26,472 bases of DNA from a virus (taxonomy: Duplodnaviria > Caudoviricetes). The notes under the pieces are model-generated. The model searched no databases. It saw only the letters and a program-made list of their open reading frames with translations, and was not told the DNA's origin. Shown here piece after piece: positions 8,788 to 17,113 of this stretch (positions are counted from its first letter, which is position 1; each line of letters opens with the position of its first letter). The position numbers were made by a program, and so were the translations under genes. Location of the stretch: positions 1-26,472 of IMG/VR virus record IMGVR_UViG_3300038393_000298; one strand, written 5' to 3'.

Positions 8788-10800
8788 ATGGCGTCCATTA
8801 CGTTAATATCGGCCACGCTAGATTATTCATTTTCACCTGTAGCTGTAGGAGTAACGTTCAGTACTTCTGGTGTGTCTGATGGGCAAACTGTTAATTTCCG
8901 ATTCTTTTTTCAAGGGGTTGGAAATGTCAACAATTACTCAGGGACATATAATGGCGGTGCAGCCAAAACAGTCTATTTTATACTTAGCGGAGTACCCGAT
9001 ACTTCACACTTAACGGTAGATGTTGTTGCAAGTACAAATAACTTCTCCACATACTCTAATTATGTAACAGCCACAAACGAAACCACTCCATCTTTCCCGA
9101 CAACAACATGGGACAATGGATACACACCAAGATTGAAAGACCAATATGTGCAAGAATGGAATGGATCAGGGTACACCCATTCCAATACTACGCAAGCCGG
9201 GAACTGTATTCCACAGGCTCTTACTTCTATGTTAGAAACGTTTTACTACAAAAAGTACGGCGTGAGCGGAGTTCGCTATTCAGTATCATGGATATTCGGA
9301 AACCGTTCATCTTCTGACATAGAAAGTAATGGCGGAATGATGATGGATGAAGCTCTTAGCCAATTACAAGCTGATGGAACACCTTTATTTAATGAATTAT
9401 CCGATCTGCCATACCCGGATAACATGATGTATTTCAACTGGGATGCAGGAGGATATACGAATACAGGCGCAAAAAATCGTGTCGCGAGTAAATATAGCGA
9501 CATTATCACGAATGCTAGGAAAAGCAGGATTGCTAGTTGGACGAAGTACAGTCCTGCACTATCTAATTTTTCAAGTCTAATTTCTGCGTTACAATCCAAT
9601 GGAGTTATCCTTGTACAACTTAGAGAAGCGTATAATTTTTGGACAGGAGATTTAGGTGCCAATTTTGAGGTAAAAAAGCCAGATGATTTTTCCGTTCCTA
9701 ATGATAATCACGATGTCATTATCCGTGGATGGAAGCAGATCAGCGGTCAATACTATTGGATTTGCCATAATAACTGGGGGTCTTGGTTCGGTAACGGTCA
9801 AGGCTATTTTTTATTACCTATCAATTATACAGGTATCGAGAACTACTGGACAGCAACCGAGAACATTACGACATTAACACTTCCAGTTCCAAACACTCCT
9901 ACTGATGCACCTATATTAGATACCGCAATGGATGGCGATGGCCGGTCTGGCGATACCTTATATGTTAAGTTTAACGGTGTATCCGGCGCCGATTCTTATA
10001 GTGTGAAAATCCGTAGAGGATATGATAATGCTACCACGTATGTAACAAGCAGTTTTACATCTGGTATTTATTGCGGTCACTTACAATATGGGGTGACTTA
10101 TTATATCAGTTATGCCGGAGTTAATTCGGCGGGAACAGGTGTTTATTCTACTGAAAATGCTGCAACTACCTTACCGCAGCCACCTACAATCAGTGGAACC
10201 ACGACACAGAGTACCATATCCATCACAGCAAGCATTGCATCTCCTGTCGGTAATTTTACGGAAATTCAAGTTGAACGTTACGATGCCAGCTCAAATTATA
10301 TAGACACGAAGTTCATATCTTTTGATGATTTTAACGCAGGGAACAAAACGGTCACATGGTCCGGATTAGGAGCAACTACAACTTATAAATTCAAAGCTAG
10401 AACGATGTTTACTGTCAGCAGTGTGAACTTGTACAGTAACTACTCATCCACTTCTACTCTTACAACCAGCAGCAGACCGGCTAACTTCTCCTGGACTACA
10501 TCAAAAGTTTCGGGGCAAGATTTCAATCTAACAGCTACAGAGTGGAATAGTTTCACATCTCGCATCAACCAGTTTCTAACGTATAAAGGGCAGCCAACGA
10601 TTTCATTCACAACAGCGCCATATACATCTAGTGACCGAACGTTTTACTATTGGATGTACAATCAAGCAGCAAATGCTTTTATTAACACGTTAAACACATA
10701 TACCAGTACGCCATATACTCACGGTACTGCATCGTCCGGGGGTATTATTTATGCGTACTTTTTGAACGACATGGTATCAGCTTTAAATAATATATCTTAA
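8788..10800 (+). CDS. Tail-associated protein with papain-like (C1) cysteine protease domain and FN3-like domains
   Basis: Catalytic-type motifs AGNC140IPQA, NH308DVIIRGW and WICHN328NWGSWFGNGQGYF. FN3-like segments (LQYGVTYYISYAGVNSAG; GLGATTTYKFKART). C-terminal RPANFSW...LTATEWNSF domain seen in Firmicute phage tail proteins. Lies between the tail spike and the lysis genes. Confidence 0.75.
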   Translation: MASITLISATLDYSFSPVAVGVTFSTSGVSDGQTVNFRFFFQGVGNVNNYSGTYNGGAAKTVYFILSGVPDTSHLTVDVVASTNNFSTYSNYVTATNETTPSFPTTTWDNGYTPRLKDQYVQEWNGSGYTHSNTTQAGNCIPQALTSMLETFYYKKYGVSGVRYSVSWIFGNRSSSDIESNGGMMMDEALSQLQADGTPLFNELSDLPYPDNMMYFNWDAGGYTNTGAKNRVASKYSDIITNARKSRIASWTKYSPALSNFSSLISALQSNGVILVQLREAYNFWTGDLGANFEVKKPDDFSVPNDNHDVIIRGWKQISGQYYWICHNNWGSWFGNGQGYFLLPINYTGIENYWTATENITTLTLPVPNTPTDAPILDTAMDGDGRSGDTLYVKFNGVSGADSYSVKIRRGYDNATTYVTSSFTSGIYCGHLQYGVTYYISYAGVNSAGTGVYSTENAATTLPQPPTISGTTTQSTISITASIASPVGNFTEIQVERYDASSNYIDTKFISFDDFNAGNKTVTWSGLGATTTYKFKARTMFTVSSVNLYSNYSSTSTLTTSSRPANFSWTTSKVSGQDFNLTATEWNSFTSRINQFLTYKGQPTISFTTAPYTSSDRTFYYWMYNQAANAFINTLNTYTSTPYTHGTASSGGIIYAYFLNDMVSALNNIS

Positions 10801-10821
10801 CGCTAGGAAGCGGGTGGATCG

Positions 10822-11112
10822 GTGGGAAATGAAGCAGAACGGTTAGCGGCGTTAGAAGCAGAAATAAGTTCGTTAAAATCGTTAATGGTTCGTATGGATA
10901 CAAAACTTGATACGTGGTCAGCGCACTACCTACCAAGGACAGAAGCAGCGGAAATGTTCCGGGCCAGAGACGAGAGAATAAAAGATTTAACAGACGAAAT
11001 TACTCGTCTTCGTGACGAGAAGCAACAGACGAAGCACATAATTCCAGCGTGGATTCAAACGGCTATTGCACTTGCTGCAGTAGTCGTTTCTATTTTTGCG
11101 CTAAGAAACTAG
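10822..11112 (+). CDS. XhlA/hemolysin-like holin-associated protein
   Basis: Coiled-coil N-terminus, single C-terminal TM helix (WIQTAIALAAVVVSIFAL), directly upstream of the endolysin. Confidence 0.65.
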   Translation: MGNEAERLAALEAEISSLKSLMVRMDTKLDTWSAHYLPRTEAAEMFRARDERIKDLTDEITRLRDEKQQTKHIIPAWIQTAIALAAVVVSIFALRN

Positions 11113-11121
11113 GAGGACGAA

Positions 11122-11910
11122 ATGGAATTAAAATGGATCGGCTCGCCAAACTTCGGTAAAGGACGTAGTGGGTGCAAGCCGTTAGCGATTATCAGCCATA
11201 TCATGTGCGGAACATTGGACGGAACAGATTCGTGGTTTAAGAATCAATCATCGCAAGTATCCGCTCACTTTGGGATTGGCCGTGATGGTACCGTACACCA
11301 ATACGTTTTGGAGGATGACACCGCTTGGGCCAACGGTAGAAAAGACACGCCAGATACAGCATGGCTTGCGAATTTTCCTGCGGTGAATCCAAATTACTGG
11401 ACTATTAGCATTGAACACGAAGGCTACCCGAATCAAGAGCTAACACCGGAACAAACCGCCGCTACTATCGAGCTGCACAAGTATCTCGTTGCTAAATGGA
11501 ATATACCGGTCGATGACGTGCATATTACGGGGCATTTCCGCATTGATTCCGTATCTCGCTCCGACTGTCCTGGTCCGCATTTTCCGTGGGCAGACATATT
11601 TAGTGCGCTAAAGCCAGCGCCAGCGACACCCGCTCCAACTATCGAAAAGGTACCGTATGATTCGAACCAATTCAAGTATCTCGCAGGATTGGCGAAAGGT
11701 ACCGATGGGCAAGCGGAATGGGCGAAAGGAGAGCTTGCGAAGATGATGGCGTATGTAACCGGTGGTGCTACGGTATCTAATGGCGATGCCAAGACGGAGG
11801 CTGTTATTATTTACAACAAGGTATTTGTTCCGGTAGCTGACGTGTTGAATCTGCTCGGTATTGGTTACGCATGGGATGACGCTAATAAAAACGTAAAGGT
11901 CGTGAAGTAA
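11122..11910 (+). CDS. Endolysin, N-acetylmuramoyl-L-alanine amidase (Amidase_2)
   Basis: Motifs IISHIM, VSAHFGIGRDG, DTAWANG, ISIEHEG and GHFRID...CPG. Pro/Ala linker. C-terminal VFVPVADVLNLLGIGYAWDD resembles the Cu-amine-oxidase-N-like cell-surface binding domain. Confidence 0.9.
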   Translation: MELKWIGSPNFGKGRSGCKPLAIISHIMCGTLDGTDSWFKNQSSQVSAHFGIGRDGTVHQYVLEDDTAWANGRKDTPDTAWLANFPAVNPNYWTISIEHEGYPNQELTPEQTAATIELHKYLVAKWNIPVDDVHITGHFRIDSVSRSDCPGPHFPWADIFSALKPAPATPAPTIEKVPYDSNQFKYLAGLAKGTDGQAEWAKGELAKMMAYVTGGATVSNGDAKTEAVIIYNKVFVPVADVLNLLGIGYAWDDANKNVKVVK

Positions 11911-12098
11911 TGTTAGATAAAGCGAAGAAAGCAACGTTCTGGCTTGCGATCCTTGGCGCAGGTAAATTAGTTGCGGAAGGATTCGGAGTACACTTTGATG
12001 ATGCGTTGATTAACGGATTAGCTGACGGATTGGCAGCGTTGTTTACGTTGGTAGGTATTGTTAAGGATCACGGTGCAAATAATAATATAACATCATAG
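11910..12098 (+). CDS. Holin (2 TM)
   Basis: 62 aa with two hydrophobic helices; TAATG overlap with the endolysin stop. Confidence 0.8.
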   Translation: MLDKAKKATFWLAILGAGKLVAEGFGVHFDDALINGLADGLAALFTLVGIVKDHGANNNITS

Positions 12099-12110
12099 AT
12101 TACACTCCAT

Positions 12111-12146
12111 ACCCTTCGTGCTTATGTGCGAGGGGTCATATTTTTG
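12111..12146 (+). terminator. Terminator of the late/lysis operon
   Basis: ACCCTTCGTGC-TTAT-GTGCGAGGGGT followed by CATATTTTTG. Confidence 0.7.
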
Positions 12147-12148
12147 TT

Positions 12149-12188
12149 TATACGTTCACTCACTCGCTCATACGAGCGTTCATACATA
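12149..12188. repeat. parS-like palindromic site, copy 1
   Basis: CGCTCATACGAGCG at 12165-12178 is identical to 18278-18291 and is flanked by CGTTCA half-sites with 4/8-nt periodicity. Confidence 0.55.
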
Positions 12189-12205
12189 AATATTTTCGTG
12201 TACTG

Positions 12206-12234
12206 GCACATTCACCTACTCCCATCATATAGTA
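12206..12234 (+). promoter_or_regulatory. Putative sporulation sigma-K-like promoter
   Basis: GCACA - 15 nt - CATATAGTA matches the mACm / CATAnnnTA sigma-K consensus. No good sigma-A promoter was seen before this operon. Confidence 0.45.
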
Positions 12235-12351
12235 TCGTATAACATCATAGATTGGGGTTAAGGCAAATGTATAAAACTCTACGCATAATCATCTTGTTAC
12301 TACTACTTCCTTACAAACACGAAGAAGACTACTTGAAGGAGGTTAAGTAAA

Positions 12352-12540
12352 ATGGCGTTAATGAAAACGAAGTCAGTATCGTTCAACATCGAAACTGAGA
12401 TCGAAAAAGAATTATTAGCGTGGGCAACTAGCCAGCATATCGGGTTCAGTACCTATGTAAAAGCGCTCATCGAAGCGGATAAAAAGAGAAAAAGCCGACC
12501 TGTAATGGAAGGTCAGCTCCGCGAATGGAAGATAACGTAA
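12352..12540 (+). CDS. Ribbon-helix-helix (CopG/Arc-like) DNA-binding protein
   Basis: SD AAGGAGG. KSVSFNI beta strand followed by two helices (EKELLAWA; FSTYVKALIEAD). Confidence 0.7.
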   Translation: MALMKTKSVSFNIETEIEKELLAWATSQHIGFSTYVKALIEADKKRKSRPVMEGQLREWKIT

Positions 12541-12664
12541 GAAGGACGTAAATGGGCCAAAGTCACTGACGCATACCTGCCGTCAGTTTATGCGAGCCAT
12601 TCGGAAAAATTGCTAGTACGTCATATATGATTTAAAAAATATTTTCAAACGGAGTGATTACACC

Positions 12665-13066
12665 ATGAAAAAAGGAATGACGATTCGAGAGTTCCTTCAC
12701 CGCGAAGAAGTCACATTTTTCGAGAAAGCAAAACGCCACATCCAACGCAACAAATCCTTCTATATTACTGCCGCTGGTTACACCATCTTCTTTATCTACG
12801 CCTCCACAATCGACGCTTCCGCCGCAAGTTCACTCGAAATTGACCGTAAAGCCACCGCAATTTACAAGAAATTAGTTTCCGTTGGTAAATGGGTTGTTAT
12901 TATCAAAGCTGCGTTTGATGTCGTTCAAACCGCCACGTCTGGAGACTTTGCCGGAGTTAAAACAAAGTTAATCGGCTATCTAATCGTATTCTTAACTCTA
13001 CTCGGATTACCGTGGGCATTCGAGGAAATCCAAGGTCTATTTGAAGATAAAGCAGTTAACGGGTGA
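12665..13066 (+). CDS. Membrane protein, TrbC/VirB2 pilin-like
   Basis: Hydrophobic segment ending in an ASA cleavage-like site, then two TM helices separated by 'SGDFAGVKTKL', the layout of VirB2-like pilins. Confidence 0.55.
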   Translation: MKKGMTIREFLHREEVTFFEKAKRHIQRNKSFYITAAGYTIFFIYASTIDASAASSLEIDRKATAIYKKLVSVGKWVVIIKAAFDVVQTATSGDFAGVKTKLIGYLIVFLTLLGLPWAFEEIQGLFEDKAVNG

Positions 13067-13728
13067 TTAAGATGAAATTCGTAATTACAAGCGCATTCGG
13101 CGCAGTAGAAGCTATTCGATCCGGTATTAATCATAAAGGCATCGATCTCGCTATGAGTAAAGGTACACCGCTTAGAAGTATCACAAACGGGGTAGTCGAG
13201 CGAGTAACGGAGTACAGAGGTAATATAGGAAATGGTGTTATCATACGTGCTGAAGACGGTAGCCGACATATATTCGGTCATATGGATCGAGTTTCAGTTA
13301 ATACAGGCGATCATGTACACGCAGGTAGTTTTATCGGAACTAGCGGTAACAGTGGGTTCAGCACAGGTCCGCACCTCCACTTCGGTATTTTTAAAGACGG
13401 TCAATTCATCGATCCAACGCCAGTAATCGAAAAAGTTGACGCAATGGCTGGCGCTATGGGACCGTTTAAAGGTACTGGATTTATTACGGATCTCATCATT
13501 TCAAAAACGCGAGAACACGCAAAAGAAACGGCTACAGATATGCTTCTTGGCGTATGGGATGCGGTGACAGACATTCTATCGCAAGTAGAATACGGAGCAT
13601 TTTTAATAGGCACGGGAATACTCGTTATCTTGCGAGCTGTCGGCTTTAAGCATCCGTGGATTCGTCCTGGTGTACTACTAACGGTGCATGTGTTATTGAG
13701 ATTCTTATTAGGGGGTTTGTCGGTATGA
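13063..13728 (+). CDS. M23 family peptidoglycan endopeptidase with C-terminal membrane anchor
   Basis: HKGID (HxxxD), GNGVII, FGHM and GNSGFSTGPHLHF motifs; two C-terminal hydrophobic helices. Confidence 0.9.
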   Translation: MIKMKFVITSAFGAVEAIRSGINHKGIDLAMSKGTPLRSITNGVVERVTEYRGNIGNGVIIRAEDGSRHIFGHMDRVSVNTGDHVHAGSFIGTSGNSGFSTGPHLHFGIFKDGQFIDPTPVIEKVDAMAGAMGPFKGTGFITDLIISKTREHAKETATDMLLGVWDAVTDILSQVEYGAFLIGTGILVILRAVGFKHPWIRPGVLLTVHVLLRFLLGGLSV

Positions 13729-13871
13729 AAAGAATGTTATTCGGTGAAGATTCCAGAGACTATTTCAACAAACTATCGCCTGATGAACTGTTTAACTGGT
13801 GTGTAATGCTTTACGATTTGTGCGAGTGGTTAGGGGAACAAATCGATGAAATGAAGGAGGATGAAGAATAA
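13725..13871 (+). CDS. Small acidic hypothetical protein (48 aa)
   Basis: ATGA overlap with the M23 stop and SD GGGGGT. MKRMLFGEDSRDYF...EMKEDEE; start revised from 13656 in the ORF track. Confidence 0.55.
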   Translation: MKRMLFGEDSRDYFNKLSPDELFNWCVMLYDLCEWLGEQIDEMKEDEE

Positions 13872-14005
13872 TGGATTTTTGGATCATGAGTGCTTGTGCT
13901 TTATTAGGCATGTGGAGAAGTAATTACTGGATGAAAAAGCATACCGAAGATACAAAAATAGTTCTAGTGGAGAAGGTCGGAAAGAATGAAAAGCATCAAG
14001 TTTAG
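13871..14005 (+). CDS. Small hypothetical protein (44 aa) with hydrophobic N-terminus
   Basis: TAATG coupling and SD AAGGAGG. MDFWIMSACALLGMWRSNYWMKKHTEDTKIVLVEKVGKNEKHQV; overlaps the ATPase start. Confidence 0.5.
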   Translation: MDFWIMSACALLGMWRSNYWMKKHTEDTKIVLVEKVGKNEKHQV

Positions 14006-16400
14006 CGACTATATTAAAGTAATCAAACCGAACTACGTTTATCTTCGACTCAAGCCAGCTAACCATATCCGCAACAATTCTACAGATAAAATCGCAAAAG
14101 TAATCTCCTCATTGTACAAATCCTTCACGCAGCAAATTAAAGCAGACGAACACAAGGCGGTAAAAGTGTTAGGCAAGGAATTTATGATCGGTACCAAGTA
14201 TAACTTCGAAGTCAATTCAAAAGTATCCTATTTCGTCTATATCGAAAAGAAAAAGATCGAGTTCTACTTTATTGTTCCAGCGAATTGTCTTTCGATTATC
14301 AAAGAACGTATGACTGACGCATGGGGCGGTATCACAATTGAAGAAGTATCCGCCATCCCTACTTTTTCCGATAGCGCAATACAGAAGCAACTCGTTTATA
14401 AGAAGGAAGACGGATTATCTCTCGAAGTCAATAAGACAAATAACGATTTGCTCCGTTCCAACCTTAACGTCGTTGATGTCATGGAGGACGGTGACAAAAT
14501 CGGCATATTCTACAACTTCCTGCCGACATCGCAGTTCTCATGGCCGAGTGCTTATCGTAATACCATCGAAAAGGTTAAGCGTGGGATCCCAACTGACCGC
14601 GATAAATTCGACTTGTGGTTCGCGTTTAAGTGGTTGATAGCGGAAGTTAACTCAACGTTAAATGGGATCGCTGAATCATTCGGATCTTCTAAAAAGAAAG
14701 ATGAATCAACCAGCCTTCTCGAAACGGCATTACAGCGTATGAATGGCGGTAAGGAAATCAGCGAGAGTACCAAGCGAAAAGCATCGTCAACTATAGTAAA
14801 CACTCAAATTGCGTTAGTATCCGAAAGTAAAGAGAAGTCTCGCGAGTATAACAACATGCGATCGCTGGTGCAGTCATTTGACGCAATCAGTGGTGATAAT
14901 TATCTAATCGCCAAGCCGTTAAAGAAAAAGATAGATTATACCGCATTATCGATCGGCGGCGAGATCAATAAAACTAGCGCCGAAGAATGCAACAACTTTA
15001 TAGCATTACCTGGACGTGAGTTACTAGAGCAATACGATTTTATTGAAAAGATCGAAACAAAAGAAACACAAGTTCCGGAGGATTTACGAAAAGGAAAATT
15101 CAGAATTGGCGTCAACGCTTATAGAGGGATGCAACAATTAGCTTACCTCTCCACAGATTTTGAATACCAACAGTTGCCACTAATCCTCATCGGACCACAA
15201 AGAGCAGGGAAGTCAACTCTAATAGGAAATCTTTGTTATGATGCTATAAAAGCTGGAGAATGTACTATTATCTTTGATTACATCGGGAACTGCGAATTAA
15301 GTGGCGAAGTTTCAGAATTATTTTCTTCAGATAAGATTTTAAATATTGATTGTGATAATTTTAGTACCATGCAAGGACTTGGCTATAATGAGGTTGGCAT
15401 GAGCGACGATGCAGACATTCAATACGATAACGCTAAGAAGCAGACGACACAATTAACCACACTAATAAACTCAGTGAATGTAGATGACAGTCAATTATCC
15501 GCTAGGATGGAGCGTTATTTAGAATCTGCCAGTAATGCTGTATTCTTACTCGGAGGGCCGATTAGAGACGTATTTACAGTGCTACAAAATCATCAAGTCA
15601 GACACTCGTATTTGAATCAGATACCCAAAGCACAACAAGAAAATATGGAAGAGTACATTACCGCACTTCAAGAATTAGATGAACTTAGCAAAGATGGAGA
15701 CTTAATAGGCACCAAGATCCACCTAGTTAGCGGTATTATCGACCGTCTCAATAAGCTTAAGAAAAATACGTACCTAGAAAAGATGCTAAAGAAAGATACA
15801 GCAAATAATATTAATCTTGTTACAGAGATGCAGAAAAATCAGTTGATTTGCTTACGTATGCCAGAAGTTATGTTTTCCACGGATGGCGAGCGCGATATAT
15901 ACACGACTTATTGGTTAACTAAGATATGGATGGCGCTACAAATTAGAAAAGCTCAACTGAAAGATCGAAAGCTATTTACGAAGTGCAATCTAATAATCGA
16001 TGAGTTGTACCAAGTTGAAAACACTGAAAAATCTCTGTCTAAGATTATTTCACGTCTCGCTAAGTTCGGACTTAAGCCGATTATCTCATGCCACTACTTG
16101 AACCAAATCAAGTATATCCGTGAAGAGTTGCGGTCGGCCAACGCCAGCTACATGCTAATCGCTGGTTGCGATAAGAAGAATTTCCACGAATTATCGAGCG
16201 AGCTTTATCCATTCGAAGAGTCCGATCTGCTTAAGCTACCACGTTATCACAGCATGAACCTCATCAAGAATAAGACCGGTTACGCACGGTTCATAACGAA
16301 GCTTCCGAAGCCAGTGTCGGTATTCGGTAAGCAGAAGCGGATTAAGGTTAAAGCGTCGATAAAATCGCTAGTACCATACAGACGGAAGCCTGCGCTATGA
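13986..16400 (+). CDS. Large P-loop ATPase of the VirD4/TraG-VirB4-HerA-FtsK superfamily
   Basis: Walker A GPQRAGKST, IIFDYIG, Walker B LIIDELYQ, and the 'RLAKFGLKPIISCHYLNQI' motif equivalent to the RKxG..hhhsQ motif of coupling proteins. Confidence 0.75.
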   Translation: MKSIKFSDYIKVIKPNYVYLRLKPANHIRNNSTDKIAKVISSLYKSFTQQIKADEHKAVKVLGKEFMIGTKYNFEVNSKVSYFVYIEKKKIEFYFIVPANCLSIIKERMTDAWGGITIEEVSAIPTFSDSAIQKQLVYKKEDGLSLEVNKTNNDLLRSNLNVVDVMEDGDKIGIFYNFLPTSQFSWPSAYRNTIEKVKRGIPTDRDKFDLWFAFKWLIAEVNSTLNGIAESFGSSKKKDESTSLLETALQRMNGGKEISESTKRKASSTIVNTQIALVSESKEKSREYNNMRSLVQSFDAISGDNYLIAKPLKKKIDYTALSIGGEINKTSAEECNNFIALPGRELLEQYDFIEKIETKETQVPEDLRKGKFRIGVNAYRGMQQLAYLSTDFEYQQLPLILIGPQRAGKSTLIGNLCYDAIKAGECTIIFDYIGNCELSGEVSELFSSDKILNIDCDNFSTMQGLGYNEVGMSDDADIQYDNAKKQTTQLTTLINSVNVDDSQLSARMERYLESASNAVFLLGGPIRDVFTVLQNHQVRHSYLNQIPKAQQENMEEYITALQELDELSKDGDLIGTKIHLVSGIIDRLNKLKKNTYLEKMLKKDTANNINLVTEMQKNQLICLRMPEVMFSTDGERDIYTTYWLTKIWMALQIRKAQLKDRKLFTKCNLIIDELYQVENTEKSLSKIISRLAKFGLKPIISCHYLNQIKYIREELRSANASYMLIAGCDKKNFHELSSELYPFEESDLLKLPRYHSMNLIKNKTGYARFITKLPKPVSVFGKQKRIKVKASIKSLVPYRRKPAL

Positions 16401-16982
16401 TGCGACGGGCTTTTCGTCTATTCCTAGTTGTCGCATTAACTCTAGTGCTTGGCGTTTCTTTTCTTCGAAGGTTGCATATGATTGTTGTTTAGCACGGTCT
16501 TCTTCGTAGTCTGGAAGAGAGTGACAACGAAGTTGAGGTGATTGCGCGGAGCGCTGATTATTATTCCATTTATTTGTTTGACGTTTATTTTTTAAGTTAT
16601 TTAGTTCGGGTGCATGTTGTTCACTAGGCGGTACTTCCTGCGCACTATTTGGCGGTGCATCCGATTCGCTAGGTGGTGTTTCTTGTTCACTAGCAGGCTT
16701 TTCGATTATGTAGAGATTAGAAGTATGACGCTGCTTATCATTAATAGTTTCGATTGGTCGGAGTTCCTTTTCGATTAAGCCCTTCTCGACCAGTGATTTA
16801 ACAACGTCGATTGCTTTGCGACGGCTCATACGACTATATTTAGCGATCGTACCGTATGATGGGAAGGCAGCTCCGGTCTTGCGGTTCATAAATGAGCGAA
16901 TCACCATAAACGCCATTTGTTCGTAAATAGTAAGTCCTTCAACTTCGAAAATACTAGCGTCCATAACTACGATTTTGGACAT
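16395..16982 (-). CDS. Winged-HTH (HTH_36-like) plasmid-type replication initiator
   Basis: Motif AFPSYGTIAKYSRMSRRKAIDVVKSLVEKGLIEK...SNLY, internal iteron-encoded PSE repeats, SD AGGAGG, divergent from parA. Confidence 0.7.
   Translation of the reverse strand: MSKIVVMDASIFEVEGLTIYEQMAFMVIRSFMNRKTGAAFPSYGTIAKYSRMSRRKAIDVVKSLVEKGLIEKELRPIETINDKQRHTSNLYIIEKPASEQETPPSESDAPPNSAQEVPPSEQHAPELNNLKNKRQTNKWNNNQRSAQSPQLRCHSLPDYEEDRAKQQSYATFEEKKRQALELMRQLGIDEKPVAS
16559..16695. repeat. Iteron-like repeats plus AT-rich tract inside rep (putative plasmid-state origin)
   Basis: Four 21-24 bp units from 16609: GGTGCATGTTGTTCACTAGGC, GGTACTTCCTGCGCACTATTTGGC, GGTGCATCCGATTCGCTAGGT, GGTGTTTCTTGTTCACTAGCA. 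Adjacent to an AT-rich stretch at 16559-16605. Confidence 0.6.
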
Positions 16983-17032
16983 AAAAAATCTCCTCCTGGG
17001 TACGTTTTAATAAACGTATAGAGAGAAGAAAA
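16983..17032 (-). promoter_or_regulatory. Attenuator / RBS-sequestering hairpin in the rep leader
   Basis: On the minus strand UUCUUCUCUCUAUACGUUU-AUUA-AAACGUACCCAGGAGGAGA-UUUUUU-AUG: the stem includes the SD and a U6 tract precedes the start codon. Confidence 0.55.
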
Positions 17033-17078
17033 GAGTCCCGTAATATTACCTTCGTTTTAGACAATAGGAAATTAAACC

Positions 17079-17107
17079 TTGACATGTCTGTTTTTTAAAC
17101 ATATAAT
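17079..17107 (+). promoter_or_regulatory. Consensus sigma-A promoter driving a small antisense RNA
   Basis: TTGACA - 17 nt - TATAAT, perfect consensus. Confidence 0.85.
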
Positions 17108-17113
17108 GAAGGT

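Noticed and set aside
137-11934. Many short antisense or out-of-frame ORFs in the track (e.g. 137-334, 2354-2761, 7490-7837, 9276-9662, 11433-11792)
   Set aside because: Nested within long, motif-supported CDSs, with no recognisable motifs; treated as shadow ORFs.
12086-12253. Mini-CRISPR array or attP from the 16-bp direct repeat
   Set aside because: Only two short copies with a 136-bp spacer, and no cas or integrase gene in the window.
13986-16400. HerA-type anti-phage defence system
   Set aside because: No adjacent nuclease or Sir2 partner; pilin-like and M23 neighbours fit envelope translocation better. Not fully excluded.
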